DNA of 64,000 nucleotides from an uncultured bacterium (GTDB lineage: Bacteria > Omnitrophota > Gorgyraeia > Ghiorseimicrobiales > Ghiorseimicrobiaceae), in the NCBI GenBank assembly GCA_913009335.1, contig CAJVXN010000003.1, positions 3,899-67,898 of the forward strand, in the 5' to 3' direction. This document shows positions 41,662 through 52,240 of this stretch, piece by piece. How positions within the stretch are numbered: the stretch's first letter is position 1; each line of letters begins with the position of its first letter. The notes under the pieces are model-generated. The model saw only the letters and a list, made by a program, of their open reading frames with translations. It had not been told where the DNA came from and searched no databases. The position numbers and the translations under genes are program-made.

Positions 41662-43353
41662 TTATCTTTCCCTTGCCATCTCAATGCCGCGGGATACCTG
41701 CAAATACTTCAAAACCTTATTGACAACCTTTTTAAACACGGGGGCAGATACCGTACCTCCGTAGTGCGTACCCTTTGGCTCATCCACTATCACCACAACA
41801 GCAATACGGGGATTATCTAAAGGCGCGAAGCCTAAAAACGTAGCGATAAATTTACTATTGGAATACCTGCCGTTTTCTACCTTTTGAGCCGTACCTGTTT
41901 TACCGGCTACCCTAAAGTTAGCCAGATTCGCTCTTCTTCCCGTACCTTCCGCTACAACCTGGGCCAAGATATTTTTCATTCTTCGGGAGGTTTCCTGAGA
42001 TATAACCCGGCGTAGTTTCTTAGGGGCAAATTCATTTATAATTTCGCCTGTTTTATCTACTATTTTACCAACAATATAGGGTTTATACAATACCCCTCCG
42101 TTAGCGATGATAGATATCATATTTGCCAACTGGATAGCTGTAACACATACTTCCTGTCCTATAGGTATTGCCCCAATTGAAGTCTTTGACCAGGTCTTAG
42201 GCGGCCTGAGGACACCTTTTACTTCGCCGGGAAGCTCAATACCCGTAAAAGAATTAAACCCAAAAAGTTTTGCGTATTTATATACTGTTTCTGCTCCCAG
42301 GAGTTGAGCGATTTTAGTAACTCCTATATTACTAGATTCTGAAATTACCTCAGTAAAGCTTAGCCATCCGTGCGGTTTATGATCACGCAGAATATGATTA
42401 CCGACTTTATACTTACCGTTCTCGCAGAAAAACTTATCCTCTTCACTAACGGCATTTTCCTCTAGCGCGGCAGAAGCTGTTACAATCTTAAATACCGAAC
42501 CCGGTTCGAAATAATCCGTAATCGCTCTATTACGCCGAGCCTCACTTTCAACGGCTTTATCATTCGGATCAAAAGTCGGCCGGTTAGCCATCGCAAGAAT
42601 TGCGCCTGTCTGCGGATTCATAACTACGATGATGGCACCCACGGCTTTTGATTTTCGATAGGCCTTATCTAATTCATATTCGGCTATAAACTGTATCTCC
42701 TGATCAATGGTTAAGACTAAATCATAGCCATCCCGCGGAGGGATAAATTTATCACTCATAAAAAGAGGCCGTTGCTTGGCATCTTTTATACTCTCACACC
42801 ACCCCGGCTCTCCCTTTAAATATTTATCGTATTTTAATTCCAGTCCCTCTAATCCGTTATTATCCAAACCCACAAACCCCAGTACATGGCTCGCAAGCTC
42901 ATTATTAGGATAACATCTTTTACTTTCTCTTATAAAACCTAAACCTTTAACATCTAATTCGTTAATATCCTCAACCTGCTGTCGGGATACTTTACGGGCA
43001 AGCCAGATAAAAGATTTCTTGCGCCTCAACCTATTCAGCAAAAAATCTTTTTCTAGGCCTAATATTGCCTCGAGCTCATCGGCAAGATAAATTTTATCCT
43101 CAATCTCTGAAGGCACAGCATAGAGAGAATCAGCGGCAATATTATAACTTAAAGATTTTAAGTCTCTATCAAATATAGTTCCTCTTACAGGCTCTAATTC
43201 CGTGTAGAAATTATGCTGTTTTTCGGCAAGTTCTGTCAGATAGTCGGATCTGAAACATTGGATAAAAAAAAGGCGCAATACTAATAGAAACAAAAAAGCA
43301 AGAAAGGAAAAAACAACAGCATAGAAGCGAAAGTGATGCTTTCGTATATACAC
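41662..43353 (-). CDS. ftsI: Class B penicillin-binding protein FtsI
   Basis: RGTIFDR, EPGSVFK (SxxK), SSN, KTGTAQK. Confidence 0.93.
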   Translation of the reverse strand: MYIRKHHFRFYAVVFSFLAFLFLLVLRLFFIQCFRSDYLTELAEKQHNFYTELEPVRGTIFDRDLKSLSYNIAADSLYAVPSEIEDKIYLADELEAILGLEKDFLLNRLRRKKSFIWLARKVSRQQVEDINELDVKGLGFIRESKRCYPNNELASHVLGFVGLDNNGLEGLELKYDKYLKGEPGWCESIKDAKQRPLFMSDKFIPPRDGYDLVLTIDQEIQFIAEYELDKAYRKSKAVGAIIVVMNPQTGAILAMANRPTFDPNDKAVESEARRNRAITDYFEPGSVFKIVTASAALEENAVSEEDKFFCENGKYKVGNHILRDHKPHGWLSFTEVISESSNIGVTKIAQLLGAETVYKYAKLFGFNSFTGIELPGEVKGVLRPPKTWSKTSIGAIPIGQEVCVTAIQLANMISIIANGGVLYKPYIVGKIVDKTGEIINEFAPKKLRRVISQETSRRMKNILAQVVAEGTGRRANLANFRVAGKTGTAQKVENGRYSNSKFIATFLGFAPLDNPRIAVVVIVDEPKGTHYGGTVSAPVFKKVVNKVLKYLQVSRGIEMARER

Positions 43354-43401
43354 GATAAGGTACCGACTTTAAATTGTTATAGTAATAATAAGAATTGCTT
43401 G

Positions 43402-43800
43402 TTATTTAGTCTGCGCTTGGGCCTGAGATTTAGGGCTAAATAAACTCAAAAATATACTCTGCCGGTTCTTCACAGATAATTCTTGAGCCCGCTGTCGGCT
43501 AAGTGAGGTTAGCTCTAACTTCCTTTTGGCATTTGCGTCCCTTAGATCAATTATCTGGGAGAAATGAGGTATTTCATAATTAGCTTCAAAAGTGCTAAGA
43601 TGCTTAGTCAGATTACCCGACGATGCCAACGACATTAAATTATACCTCAAAAACATATTCTGGTCAAGAAGTTGGCGAGACAACCTAAGCTTCTCTTGCT
43701 TTTTGTAAGATAGCTTAACTATCTGGGTTTGCTGACATACGTAGAATAAAGAACAGCAAGTAACCAGTAAAATTACACTTATAATCCGCGAAATTTTCAT
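43402..43800 (-). CDS. FtsL-like protein
   Basis: TM plus coiled coil; lies between rsmH and ftsI. Confidence 0.65.
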   Translation of the reverse strand: MKISRIISVILLVTCCSLFYVCQQTQIVKLSYKKQEKLRLSRQLLDQNMFLRYNLMSLASSGNLTKHLSTFEANYEIPHFSQIIDLRDANAKRKLELTSLSRQRAQELSVKNRQSIFLSLFSPKSQAQAQTK

Positions 43801-44711
43801 TCTAATCTCTCAATTGTCCTTAATTTTGCAGAACGAGAGCGTGGGTTATCTTCTATTTCCTCCGGACTTGCGATTTCCGGCTTTGCCCGAATATCTGAGA
43901 TTCCGGACTTTGCCTGAATTAATTTGGCCCGCGCTTCCTTAACGAATCTTTTAAACGTATTCTTTGCTATTTTATCCTCCAGCGAATGAAACGAAATAAC
44001 GCTTATGCGGCCGCCGATATTTAAATAATCCAAAGATTTTCTCAAGGCCTCTTCAATTGATTCAAGTTCTCTGTTTACGGCAATCCTTAAAGCCTGAAAT
44101 GTCCTGGTCGCCGGATGTATCCTGGAGCGATTAAAACCCTTAGGTATTGCCCTTATAATAATAGAGCTTAACTGTCCTGTAGTTGCAATCGGCTGGGCAT
44201 TACGCGCGCTAACCATATATCTGGCTATGCGATTATGCCATCTTTCCTGACCGAATGTTTTAATTATGGAAGATATTTCATCTTCCGTAAGATTATTTAC
44301 TAAATCATAGGCGGAGATATAGCTTGATTGATCCATGCGCATGTCAAGCGGCGCGTCATTCTTAATACTAAAGCCGCGCTCGGGAGTATCTAACTGATAC
44401 GAAGAAATCCCTAAATCAAACAACATGGCATCCACCTTATCTACTCCTGCCGTATTTAAAATATCACCTATATTACGAAAATTATTATGCACTAAAGTTA
44501 CCGCGTCCGTGAAACTCGCAAGCCTTTGCCTGCTGTAATCTAAAGACTCCTTATCACGGTCTACTCCGATAAGCCTGCCTTTCGGCATGATTTTTTTAAG
44601 AATAAGCTCACTGTGCCCCCCGGTACCGATAGTGCAATCAAGTACTACGCATCCCGGCCTTAAATTTAAAGATTCACTAACTTCCACGCTCATCACCGGT
44701 TTATGCTCCAT
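43797..44711 (-). CDS. rsmH: 16S rRNA m4C1402 methyltransferase
   Basis: HKPVM, GTGGHS, DLGISS, LDMRMD, FQALRIAVN, SFHSLED, RSAKLR; the longer ORF-track start lies in a repeat. Confidence 0.95.
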   Translation of the reverse strand: MEHKPVMSVEVSESLNLRPGCVVLDCTIGTGGHSELILKKIMPKGRLIGVDRDKESLDYSRQRLASFTDAVTLVHNNFRNIGDILNTAGVDKVDAMLFDLGISSYQLDTPERGFSIKNDAPLDMRMDQSSYISAYDLVNNLTEDEISSIIKTFGQERWHNRIARYMVSARNAQPIATTGQLSSIIIRAIPKGFNRSRIHPATRTFQALRIAVNRELESIEEALRKSLDYLNIGGRISVISFHSLEDKIAKNTFKRFVKEARAKLIQAKSGISDIRAKPEIASPEEIEDNPRSRSAKLRTIERLE

Positions 44712-44726
44712 TTTAAAAGTCTTTAA

Positions 44727-44770
44727 CCCTTCGACTTCACTCAGGATTAATGGTGAGTGCAATCGAACCA
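44727..44770. repeat. TTAA-flanked 44-bp double-hairpin repeat (copy 1)
   Basis: 38/44 identical to 54785-54828. Confidence 0.85.
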
Positions 44771-44817
44771 TTAATATTTAATGCTAAATTAACACGCATT
44801 TTTTAAACGCTCTCTTC

Positions 44818-44931
44818 AATGAGACCACAATTTAGAGAACAAAGTGAACCTAAATTGTTTGCTCGAATTGATCCCGCCGAATACTTGAAAATTATCGTGA
44901 GAGAATTTTCAAGTAAGCTCATGAGGCGGGA
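44818..44931 (+). repeat. AATGA..CGAATT unit plus GATCCCGCC hairpin
   Basis: Same architecture as 21303-21414. Confidence 0.7.
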
Positions 44932-44946
44932 CACTTCCTCAATACT

Positions 44947-45381
44947 CTACTCAACAAGCTTCTCAGCTGTCTGCTCAAAGTCTTCCCGGGCAGAATCATA
45001 AAATTCAGCCCAGGCGCCCTTATCCCAGATCTCAATTCTATTTGCCACACCAATAATAACTATATCTCTTTTAATTGAGGCGAAATCTTTTAAATACTGC
45101 GGCAGTAAAATCCTGCCCTGTTTATCCGGAACTACCTCAACAGCTCCTGAAAAATATATGCGGTTGAATTTTCTGGCTTCTTGCTTGGTAAAAGGCATAG
45201 ATTTAAATTTTTGTTCCTGAGCGCGCCATTCATCTTCAGCAAACATAAACAGACAGCTATCCAGACCCCGGGTAACGAAGAATTTTTCTACAAAATTAGC
45301 CTTAGCGGCATCCCGGATCTTCGACGGGAGAATAATCCTCCCCTTCCTATCAGTTGTATGCTTATACTCACCGTAAAACAT
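44947..45381 (-). CDS. mraZ: MraZ transcriptional regulator
   Basis: Two DxKGR/DKQGR motifs, RIEIWD. Confidence 0.96.
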   Translation of the reverse strand: MFYGEYKHTTDRKGRIILPSKIRDAAKANFVEKFFVTRGLDSCLFMFAEDEWRAQEQKFKSMPFTKQEARKFNRIYFSGAVEVVPDKQGRILLPQYLKDFASIKRDIVIIGVANRIEIWDKGAWAEFYDSAREDFEQTAEKLVE

Positions 45382-45398
45382 TCTTACTCCCTTTTATT

Positions 45399-45450
45399 CC
45401 ACTTTCCTCCACTTATAGCCAAGTATAGATAAATTTACCAGCCCTGTCAA
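45399..45450 (-). promoter_or_regulatory. dcw promoter with MraZ-type GTGG direct repeats
   Basis: TTGACA-17 nt-TATACT (45450-45422), then GTGG twice at 10-bp spacing (45412, 45402). Confidence 0.7.
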
Positions 45451-45965
45451 GACAAAACTTTTAGTTATTAAGGCTAAAATTGAGCTTAACTGCATATACC
45501 ACAACAGGTAGTATAAAATTATCCCTGAGACCGAAAATATAGGGGCAAAATCGAAAACTAGTTTTTAGGGAAATTTCGGAGAATTTTGAGAAAACGGAGA
45601 TTTAAGGAAAAAATCGTTGGTTTTTGATATATCAAGAAACTAATCAGAATAAATTTCAAAGCTAACCAGGATATATTTAAAAGTTGATCCTAATAGCTTT
45701 AGAAGTTAACCATGTTAGATTTAAAAAGCAAAACCCTAAGCTGGAAATATTATAGATACATGTATTGATAGCGCAAAATAAATAGTCCGCTGGTTGAAGC
45801 CGGGCTTCAACCAATAATTTAAGCAATAAACGAGCATATTAAGTTTCATAGAAAAATTCATAGAAAAATTCTTTATTTTTATATAAAAACTGCTATACTG
45901 TTACGTGCTGCTGGAAACATAAAAATGTCCGGCGGAAAATATAAAACAAAAAGGAGGTGAATTAG

Positions 45966-46124
45966 ATGGCAGATAAAAAACAGCTTACAGGATACTGCGT
46001 AAAATGCAAAGCTAAAAAAGAAATATCTGAGTCCCAAGAAGTAACAATGAAGAATGGCAGAAAAGCACTTAAAGGAAAATGCCCTGATTGTGGAACAGGT
46101 ATGTATAGAATACTTGGCAAGTAA
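45966..46124 (+). CDS. 52-aa zinc-ribbon protein (DUF5679-like)
   Basis: AGGAGGTG RBS; MADKKQLTGYCVKCKAKKEISESQEVTMKNGRKALKGKCPDCGTGMYRILGK; below ORF-track cutoff. Confidence 0.85.
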   Translation: MADKKQLTGYCVKCKAKKEISESQEVTMKNGRKALKGKCPDCGTGMYRILGK

Positions 46125-46303
46125 TACGTGGCTATCTTTTTCGTATATAACCGCTCGGTTATATACGAGCAAAAAATATAATAATTATTCCGATACCTCT
46201 ATATTGGATAAGAGGTATACGTGTATCGATTACTAACGGAAGTAAATTATATATTCCACAAGATAACCAAAACCTCCGATTCTTTAGAATCAAAAGCTAA
46301 AAT

Positions 46304-47239
46304 ATGCTTACTGCGAAAAACGTCACAAAATATTTTGGTGGGTTTCAAGCACTAAAGGATATCTCTTTTGAAATTAACAAAGGGGATATTGTCGGCTTCT
46401 TGGGTCAAAATGGTGCCGGTAAAACCACACTGATGCGTATTTTAACTTCTTATCTTCCTGCTACTTCCGGCAGGGTTATCATCGCTGGCGAAGATGTGAC
46501 CAAAAACTCTCTGGCTATCCGAAAAAAAATAGGATACCTGCCTGAAAATCCTCCGCTTTATGTTGATATGACGACGAGGGATTATCTTAAATTTGCCGCG
46601 CAAATAAAAGATGTTCCCTCTAAACAACAACACTCCCAAATAGATAAAGTCTTAACGGAATGCGATCTCAAGGGCGTCCAGAATAAAACTATCCGTTTTC
46701 TTTCCAAAGGATATAAACAACGCGTGGGTATCGCCCAGGCCATAATTAACGATCCCGAAATTTTAATATTAGATGAACCTACAATCGGCCTTGATCCGGT
46801 CCAAATTATTCAAGTGCGCAATCTGATTAAAAACTTAGAGTACAAAAGAACCGTAATTTTAAGCACTCACATCCTCCCAGAGATCCAGCAGATTGCGAAA
46901 AGAGTTTTAATTATTAAAGCAGGTGAAATTATTGTTGATAAATACCTCAAGGAGCTTTTTGAAAAACAAGGCGGACAACAAAAGGTATTTCTTCGCGTTA
47001 AAGGAAAAAAAGATCAAATTGAACGGGCAATCAAAGAAATCACTAATTTCAAACAGATAGATATCAACTCTTGCGATGACCTACATTCAATAAAATTAGA
47101 GATAATCAATAACGTCGGGCACTATAACGAATTGACAGATAAAATCTCAAAAACAAATAGCTATATCCTGGAAATAAAAGAAATTGAATCAAGCCTTGAG
47201 GATGTATTCCTGGGGTTGCATTCCACCAAAACCGACTAA
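46304..47239 (+). CDS. ABC transporter ATPase (GldA-like)
   Basis: GQNGAGKT, LSKGYKQR, ILDEP. Confidence 0.92.
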   Translation: MLTAKNVTKYFGGFQALKDISFEINKGDIVGFLGQNGAGKTTLMRILTSYLPATSGRVIIAGEDVTKNSLAIRKKIGYLPENPPLYVDMTTRDYLKFAAQIKDVPSKQQHSQIDKVLTECDLKGVQNKTIRFLSKGYKQRVGIAQAIINDPEILILDEPTIGLDPVQIIQVRNLIKNLEYKRTVILSTHILPEIQQIAKRVLIIKAGEIIVDKYLKELFEKQGGQQKVFLRVKGKKDQIERAIKEITNFKQIDINSCDDLHSIKLEIINNVGHYNELTDKISKTNSYILEIKEIESSLEDVFLGLHSTKTD

Positions 47240-47244
47240 TCGTT

Positions 47245-47955
47245 ATGAGTAAAATTATCGCAATAGCTAAAAAAGAGCTAAAATCATATTTCAGCTCACC
47301 TATTGCCTATATTGTTTTAATTATTACTATTTCTGTTTTTAACATATTCTTTTTTATGATCATTGATCAAAACAGAGAAGCTACCTTGCGCGATATCTTT
47401 CAAATCATGGAATTCCTATTTATCTTTATCGTCCCTCTTTTAACTATGAAGATATTCTCGGAAGAAAAACTTACCGGGACCATGGAATTCTTAATGACAA
47501 CTCCCACAAGCACTACCGCTATTGTTCTCGGCAAATATCTGGGGAGTTTGATATTTTTTACTCTGATTATCGGCTTAACATCAAGCTATTATTTTATTAT
47601 TGAGCTTTTCGGCCGGCCTGATAGATTAGCGATGTTAGTGGGATATTTAGGCATCTGGATAGAAGGAGCCTTATTCATTGCCATTGGCATGCTAGCTTCT
47701 TCATGGACAAAAAGTCAAATCATCGCCGCAATGAGCTCGTATATAACGTTATTTTTGTTATATTTCTCGATAAGCTTTATTAAGTATTTTAGCGGCACAG
47801 CAGAAACCTTGATCCGGTATATTGGTACATGGAGTCATGCCGAGAATTTCTCTGTCGGCTTAATCACAACAGGCGATCTGGTTTACTACGTAAGTGGAAT
47901 TATTATTTGTATCGCGCTAACCAAGCTGAGCATTGAAAATAGATTATGGCGCTAA
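47245..47955 (+). CDS. ABC-2 permease (GldF-like)
   Basis: KELKSYFSSPIAY, EEKLTGTMEFL, GKYL. Confidence 0.88.
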   Translation: MSKIIAIAKKELKSYFSSPIAYIVLIITISVFNIFFFMIIDQNREATLRDIFQIMEFLFIFIVPLLTMKIFSEEKLTGTMEFLMTTPTSTTAIVLGKYLGSLIFFTLIIGLTSSYYFIIELFGRPDRLAMLVGYLGIWIEGALFIAIGMLASSWTKSQIIAAMSSYITLFLLYFSISFIKYFSGTAETLIRYIGTWSHAENFSVGLITTGDLVYYVSGIIICIALTKLSIENRLWR

Positions 47956-49547
47956 ATAAAAATCACAAAAGTCTTTCGTTATTGCTTACGATAGGAGTTA
48001 CTTGCCTTCTATACAGTCTCGGGACCTCCTATATAGAAAATCATTTTGACAAACTAAGAACCATTGTTTCGTTAGTCGGTTTATTTTCTATTTTGGTTTG
48101 CATTTTTACGTTAAAACAAAAGACGCAAAAATTAATAAAAACTTCTCAATGGAAAAAATATACTTTTATCGTATTTATAGTCGTGCTCTCTTTGTCCCTT
48201 CTTGTGGGAATTAACTACCTATCTTACCGTTACAACTTACGCTGGGATATAACCAAATCCAAACAACACACCCTCTCAGAAAGCACAACCCTATTTATTC
48301 AAGGACTAGAGAAACAGGTTCAAATAACAGCCTTCTATGTTGGGATGCCTCCGAAGTATCTAGAGGACCTGTTTAAAGAATACACTCGACTATCAAACGG
48401 CAAAATCAAAACCGAAATCATCGATCCCATCGTAGAGATCAGCTACGCCGCGCAATTCGGCAGCATTATCAGCGGAAAAGAAAGAAAGGTTATCGTGCTC
48501 TCCGGTGAAGAACGCCAGGATATTGATTTTACCAAACATCCATTAAACGAAGAACACTTAACAAACATCATTATTCAGGTAGCAAGAGATAAACGCGTAA
48601 TCTATTTTCTAACCGGCCATGGAGAATCCGATGTTTTAAATAAAGATGCTAATGGATTAAGCATATTAGTAAAATTATTAGGCACAAACAATGTAGAGAT
48701 AAAAGAACTAATGCTGGGGACAAAAGAAGAAATCCCCGAGGATTGCGATGTTCTTATCGTTGCCGGTGCGAAAAACCCATTGACAGAAACAGAGAAAACA
48801 ATTATCATGGGATATTTAGACAAGGGCGGAGATGCCTTATTTTTAATAGAAAATACGCCTGTTGCTGCATCTGATAAACCCCTGACAGAAGAAGAAAAGC
48901 GTAAGAATCCACCTTTGAATGACATCCTCAACCGATGGGGAATAAAAGTTGCCAATGATCTTGTCGTAGATTTAGACAACCATATAAGCGGAGATGTAGG
49001 TATTCCTGCTACCCGCAATTATATGTTAGGCGCGCCGATTGTTCAGAACCTGGATTATACCTTTTATGTGCGTCCTCGCTCAATCTCAATTTTAGAAAAC
49101 CGGCGTCCGACGATTAAAGTAGCTAGTCTAGTTTCAACCTCTTCAGAAAAAAATAGCTGGGGTGAAACCGACAAAGCTCTGCAGATTAAATTTGATCAAG
49201 GAATAGATAACCCGGGACCGGTTTCAATTGCCTCTATCATTTGGGAGGCAAAACAAAAAATAGAATCACCCGATGCGCTCAGAGGTACACGGATTATTGT
49301 TTTTACCGATGCGGATTTCTTAAGCAATGCTTTTATCGCCCAGTACAGCAATGCTGAAATGGGCCTAAATGTGATTAATTGGCTCTCTGAATTGGATCAG
49401 CGTGTTTTTATTGATCAAAAGGAAATCCGGGTCGATCGGCTTGATTTAACCAGTAAGCAAAAACGCATGATAGCTGTTCTTCTTTTAGTTATGCCTATTA
49501 TTATTGCTACAGGAGGAATAATAACCTGGCTCAAACAAAAAAGCTAA
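47946..49547 (+). CDS. GldG-like ABC auxiliary protein
   Basis: RWDITK..HTLS, YFLTGHGE, DADFLSN, NWL. Confidence 0.85.
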   Translation: MALNKNHKSLSLLLTIGVTCLLYSLGTSYIENHFDKLRTIVSLVGLFSILVCIFTLKQKTQKLIKTSQWKKYTFIVFIVVLSLSLLVGINYLSYRYNLRWDITKSKQHTLSESTTLFIQGLEKQVQITAFYVGMPPKYLEDLFKEYTRLSNGKIKTEIIDPIVEISYAAQFGSIISGKERKVIVLSGEERQDIDFTKHPLNEEHLTNIIIQVARDKRVIYFLTGHGESDVLNKDANGLSILVKLLGTNNVEIKELMLGTKEEIPEDCDVLIVAGAKNPLTETEKTIIMGYLDKGGDALFLIENTPVAASDKPLTEEEKRKNPPLNDILNRWGIKVANDLVVDLDNHISGDVGIPATRNYMLGAPIVQNLDYTFYVRPRSISILENRRPTIKVASLVSTSSEKNSWGETDKALQIKFDQGIDNPGPVSIASIIWEAKQKIESPDALRGTRIIVFTDADFLSNAFIAQYSNAEMGLNVINWLSELDQRVFIDQKEIRVDRLDLTSKQKRMIAVLLLVMPIIIATGGIITWLKQKS

Positions 49548-49644
49548 AAAAAAGAACACCTAAAAAGTTACAAACTTAAGAATATATAATACCTAGAAAC
49601 TTAATAAAAGCAACGCGTCGAAAACCTAAGAAAGAGTACATATT

Positions 49645-50736
49645 ATGCCTGATAGTTTAAAACCACTTATACTCGGAGATTTAGAGATAAAAATACCAAT
49701 CGTTCAAGGCGGCATGGGACTTCAGGTCTCAACAGCTCCTTTAGCCGGCGCAGTCGCGAATTGCGGCGGAGCAGGAACAATTGCCAGTGTTGGACTTGGT
49801 TTTGGTACAGATGAAAATGAAGTAGATTTCGTTAAAGCCTCAAGAGAAGGCATAGAACGACAAATGCGGCGCACCTGGGAATTAACCAAAGGTGTTGTGG
49901 GAGTGAATGCCCTGGTTGCCTTAAACAACTATGAAGATTTAGTAAGAACCTCAATTAAAGAAAAGGCTGATTTTATTGTTTCCGGGGCGGGCCTGCCATT
50001 AAGATTACCGGAATTTGCCGAAGGCAGCAATGCTAAGCTTATACCGATAGTATCATCCGGCAGAGCAGCAACTATTATGATTAAAACATGGAAAAGACGA
50101 TATAATCGCCCACCCGATGCCTTTGTTGTTGAAGGTCCCTTAGCAGGCGGACATCTAGGTTTTTCATTTAAAGACCTAGAATCGTCGCAAAAAAATCCTC
50201 TGGAAGATTTAGTAAAAGAGGTTTTAGAAGTCACAGACGCATATGAAAAAGATTCCGGCGTCAAGATACCTGTCATAGCCGCGGGAGGGATATACGACGG
50301 TAAAGATATGGCCAAATTTTTAAAGATGGGCGTAAGCGGAGTTCAAATAGCGACTCGCTTCGTTGCTACTTTTGAATGCGATGTATCGGATAAATTTAAG
50401 CAGCTATATATTGACGCGAAACCGGAAGATGTTGTTATTATAAAAAGTCCTGTTGGCATGCCCGGGAGATCCCTAAAAACTAAACTTGTTGAAGATGTTG
50501 TGCGGGGTAAAAGAGAATTAATAAAATGTAACTACCGTTGTCTTAAAACATGTAACCCCGGCACCACACCTTACTGTATTATGCACGCTTTGTATAATGC
50601 GGTAATCGGCGATATTGATCATGCGGTTGTCTTTGCGGGGAGTAACGCCGCGAGAGTAACAAAGATCGTATCCGTAAAAGAAGTAATGGATGAAATTGTT
50701 AGCGAGACTATTGAAGAATTAGGAAAGATGAATTAG
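49645..50736 (+). CDS. Nitronate monooxygenase/FabK-family flavoprotein
   Basis: PIVQGGMG, EGPLAGGH, SPVGMPGR; paralog of the C half of 2558-4459. Confidence 0.88.
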   Translation: MPDSLKPLILGDLEIKIPIVQGGMGLQVSTAPLAGAVANCGGAGTIASVGLGFGTDENEVDFVKASREGIERQMRRTWELTKGVVGVNALVALNNYEDLVRTSIKEKADFIVSGAGLPLRLPEFAEGSNAKLIPIVSSGRAATIMIKTWKRRYNRPPDAFVVEGPLAGGHLGFSFKDLESSQKNPLEDLVKEVLEVTDAYEKDSGVKIPVIAAGGIYDGKDMAKFLKMGVSGVQIATRFVATFECDVSDKFKQLYIDAKPEDVVIIKSPVGMPGRSLKTKLVEDVVRGKRELIKCNYRCLKTCNPGTTPYCIMHALYNAVIGDIDHAVVFAGSNAARVTKIVSVKEVMDEIVSETIEELGKMN

Positions 50737-50775
50737 AACTGTCACATCCTAGAAATAGATATCGGAAAAACTCAC

Positions 50776-50815
50776 AATAAACCCTCCTTCAAATATATTT
50801 AGGAGGGTTTATTAT
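50776..50815. terminator. Bidirectional intrinsic terminator
   Basis: AATAAACCCTCCT...AGGAGGGTTTATT between convergent genes. Confidence 0.75.
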
Positions 50816-50823
50816 TTTTAGAA

Positions 50824-51390
50824 TTAAAACTTTACTTCAGGAACCTTCGATGCTCCCTCAACCGCTTCAAAATACGCGGCCGGTTCAGTAACACCTGCTT
50901 GAGCGGCAAAAAACCGTCCGAAAAACAAACGTTGGAAACGATTAAAATCTTTAACGGTGAGATTGTAACGCATGCGTTCAACAGCTATTCTGTTTTCTGT
51001 CCCTTCTAATTGAGCTTGTAAAGACAGAAAATTTTCATTTGATTTTAATTGAGGATAATTTTCCGCGACCAATAGCAGTCGTGAAAGCGCGCCACCCATA
51101 GCGTTAGCATTTTCTATTTTACTCCCAATAGACGCGGACTTTCCCCATTGACTTCTCAGACGCGTTACTTCGGTGAAGATTTCTTTTTCATGGGCCGCGA
51201 AACCTTTAACTGTGCTGATAAGATTAGGAATAAGATCATTCCTTCTTTGCAGTTGATTATCAACTTGCGCCCAGGCCGATTTCACCGCCTCGTCTTTAGC
51301 AATCGCTTGATTATACCCGCCTTTATACCAACTAAACGCCATAATCACAACAACTAAAATAACACCTAAAACAATCCAAATCTTTTTCAT
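50824..51390 (-). CDS. lemA: LemA family protein
   Basis: WAQVDNQLQRRNDLIPNL, ENYPQLK, EGTENRIAVER.RYN. Confidence 0.93.
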   Translation of the reverse strand: MKKIWIVLGVILVVVIMAFSWYKGGYNQAIAKDEAVKSAWAQVDNQLQRRNDLIPNLISTVKGFAAHEKEIFTEVTRLRSQWGKSASIGSKIENANAMGGALSRLLLVAENYPQLKSNENFLSLQAQLEGTENRIAVERMRYNLTVKDFNRFQRLFFGRFFAAQAGVTEPAAYFEAVEGASKVPEVKF

Positions 51391-51409
51391 TTTCTAGCCT
51401 CCTCTTCCC

Positions 51410-52240
51410 TCACCAACCGCCGCCGCCGCCGCCGCCGCCGGTCATACCGCCGCCAAAACCACCAAAACCTCCTGAGAATCCTCCTCCAGAACCACCAATC
51501 CCAGCTCCATGCCAATAGCCTCCGCGTCTACGGCCCCCGATCATTGAACCTACCAAAAAATAACCCAGCAATCCTGAACGTGAACTTATAATAAAAATAA
51601 GTAAAAGTATCGGAAAAATAATTTCCAGTAATCCCTTTTTCCGATGAACCATTTGATAAACTTGCTCTTCTTGACCTGTTATTTCTACATCGTATTCTTT
51701 CGCAACAAGACTGATGATAGCAACGGCCCCTTCACGAATCCCCTGAGAATACTGCCCGTTTTTAAAATAAGGGATCATTCTTTCTTGGACGACTTTATAA
51801 GCAATAACATCAGGAATAGCGCCTTCTAAGCCATAACCGGTTGTAATCCATGCCTTACGATCATTAAGAGATACTAATATCAAAACACCGTTATCCTTGC
51901 CAATTTGGCCTATCTTCCATTGATCAAAAAGCCTGACAGAAAATCCCTGTATCGTTTCCGGTTGAGTCGTTTGAATGGTTACGACAGCTATCTGAGACGT
52001 TGTCTTCTTCTCTAATTCACTCGCGAATTTTATGATGGCTGTCTTATCGGAAGGTTCCAGCAATCCCGCAAAGTCACTGACATAACCCTGCCCACGGGAA
52101 GGAATGTTCACTTCTTTGGCTAGAGCGGCAGAAACACATATCGAAAAAAGAAGAAAAGAAACTAAAGCTATATTCCAATAGCGTCCAAGCGAAGCGCGTC
52201 GGACCATAAGCTTAAAATATTTAACACAGTTTTTTATCAT
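51410..52240 (-). CDS. TPM-domain (YgcG-like) protein with Gly-rich tail
   Basis: WKIG..GKDNGVL, GYGLEGAIPD, GGGGGW end. Confidence 0.9.
   Translation of the reverse strand: MIKNCVKYFKLMVRRASLGRYWNIALVSFLLFSICVSAALAKEVNIPSRGQGYVSDFAGLLEPSDKTAIIKFASELEKKTTSQIAVVTIQTTQPETIQGFSVRLFDQWKIGQIGKDNGVLILVSLNDRKAWITTGYGLEGAIPDVIAYKVVQERMIPYFKNGQYSQGIREGAVAIISLVAKEYDVEITGQEEQVYQMVHRKKGLLEIIFPILLLIFIISSRSGLLGYFLVGSMIGGRRRGGYWHGAGIGGSGGGFSGGFGGFGGGMTGGGGGGGGW

Noticed and set aside
44712-44771. N-terminal extension of RsmH (MVRLHSPLILSEVEG)
   Set aside because: Derived from the 44-bp repeat; the conserved start is MEHKPV at 44711
46304-49547. Gliding motility system
   Set aside because: GldA/F/G-like ABC sets are widespread; no other gliding or T9SS genes
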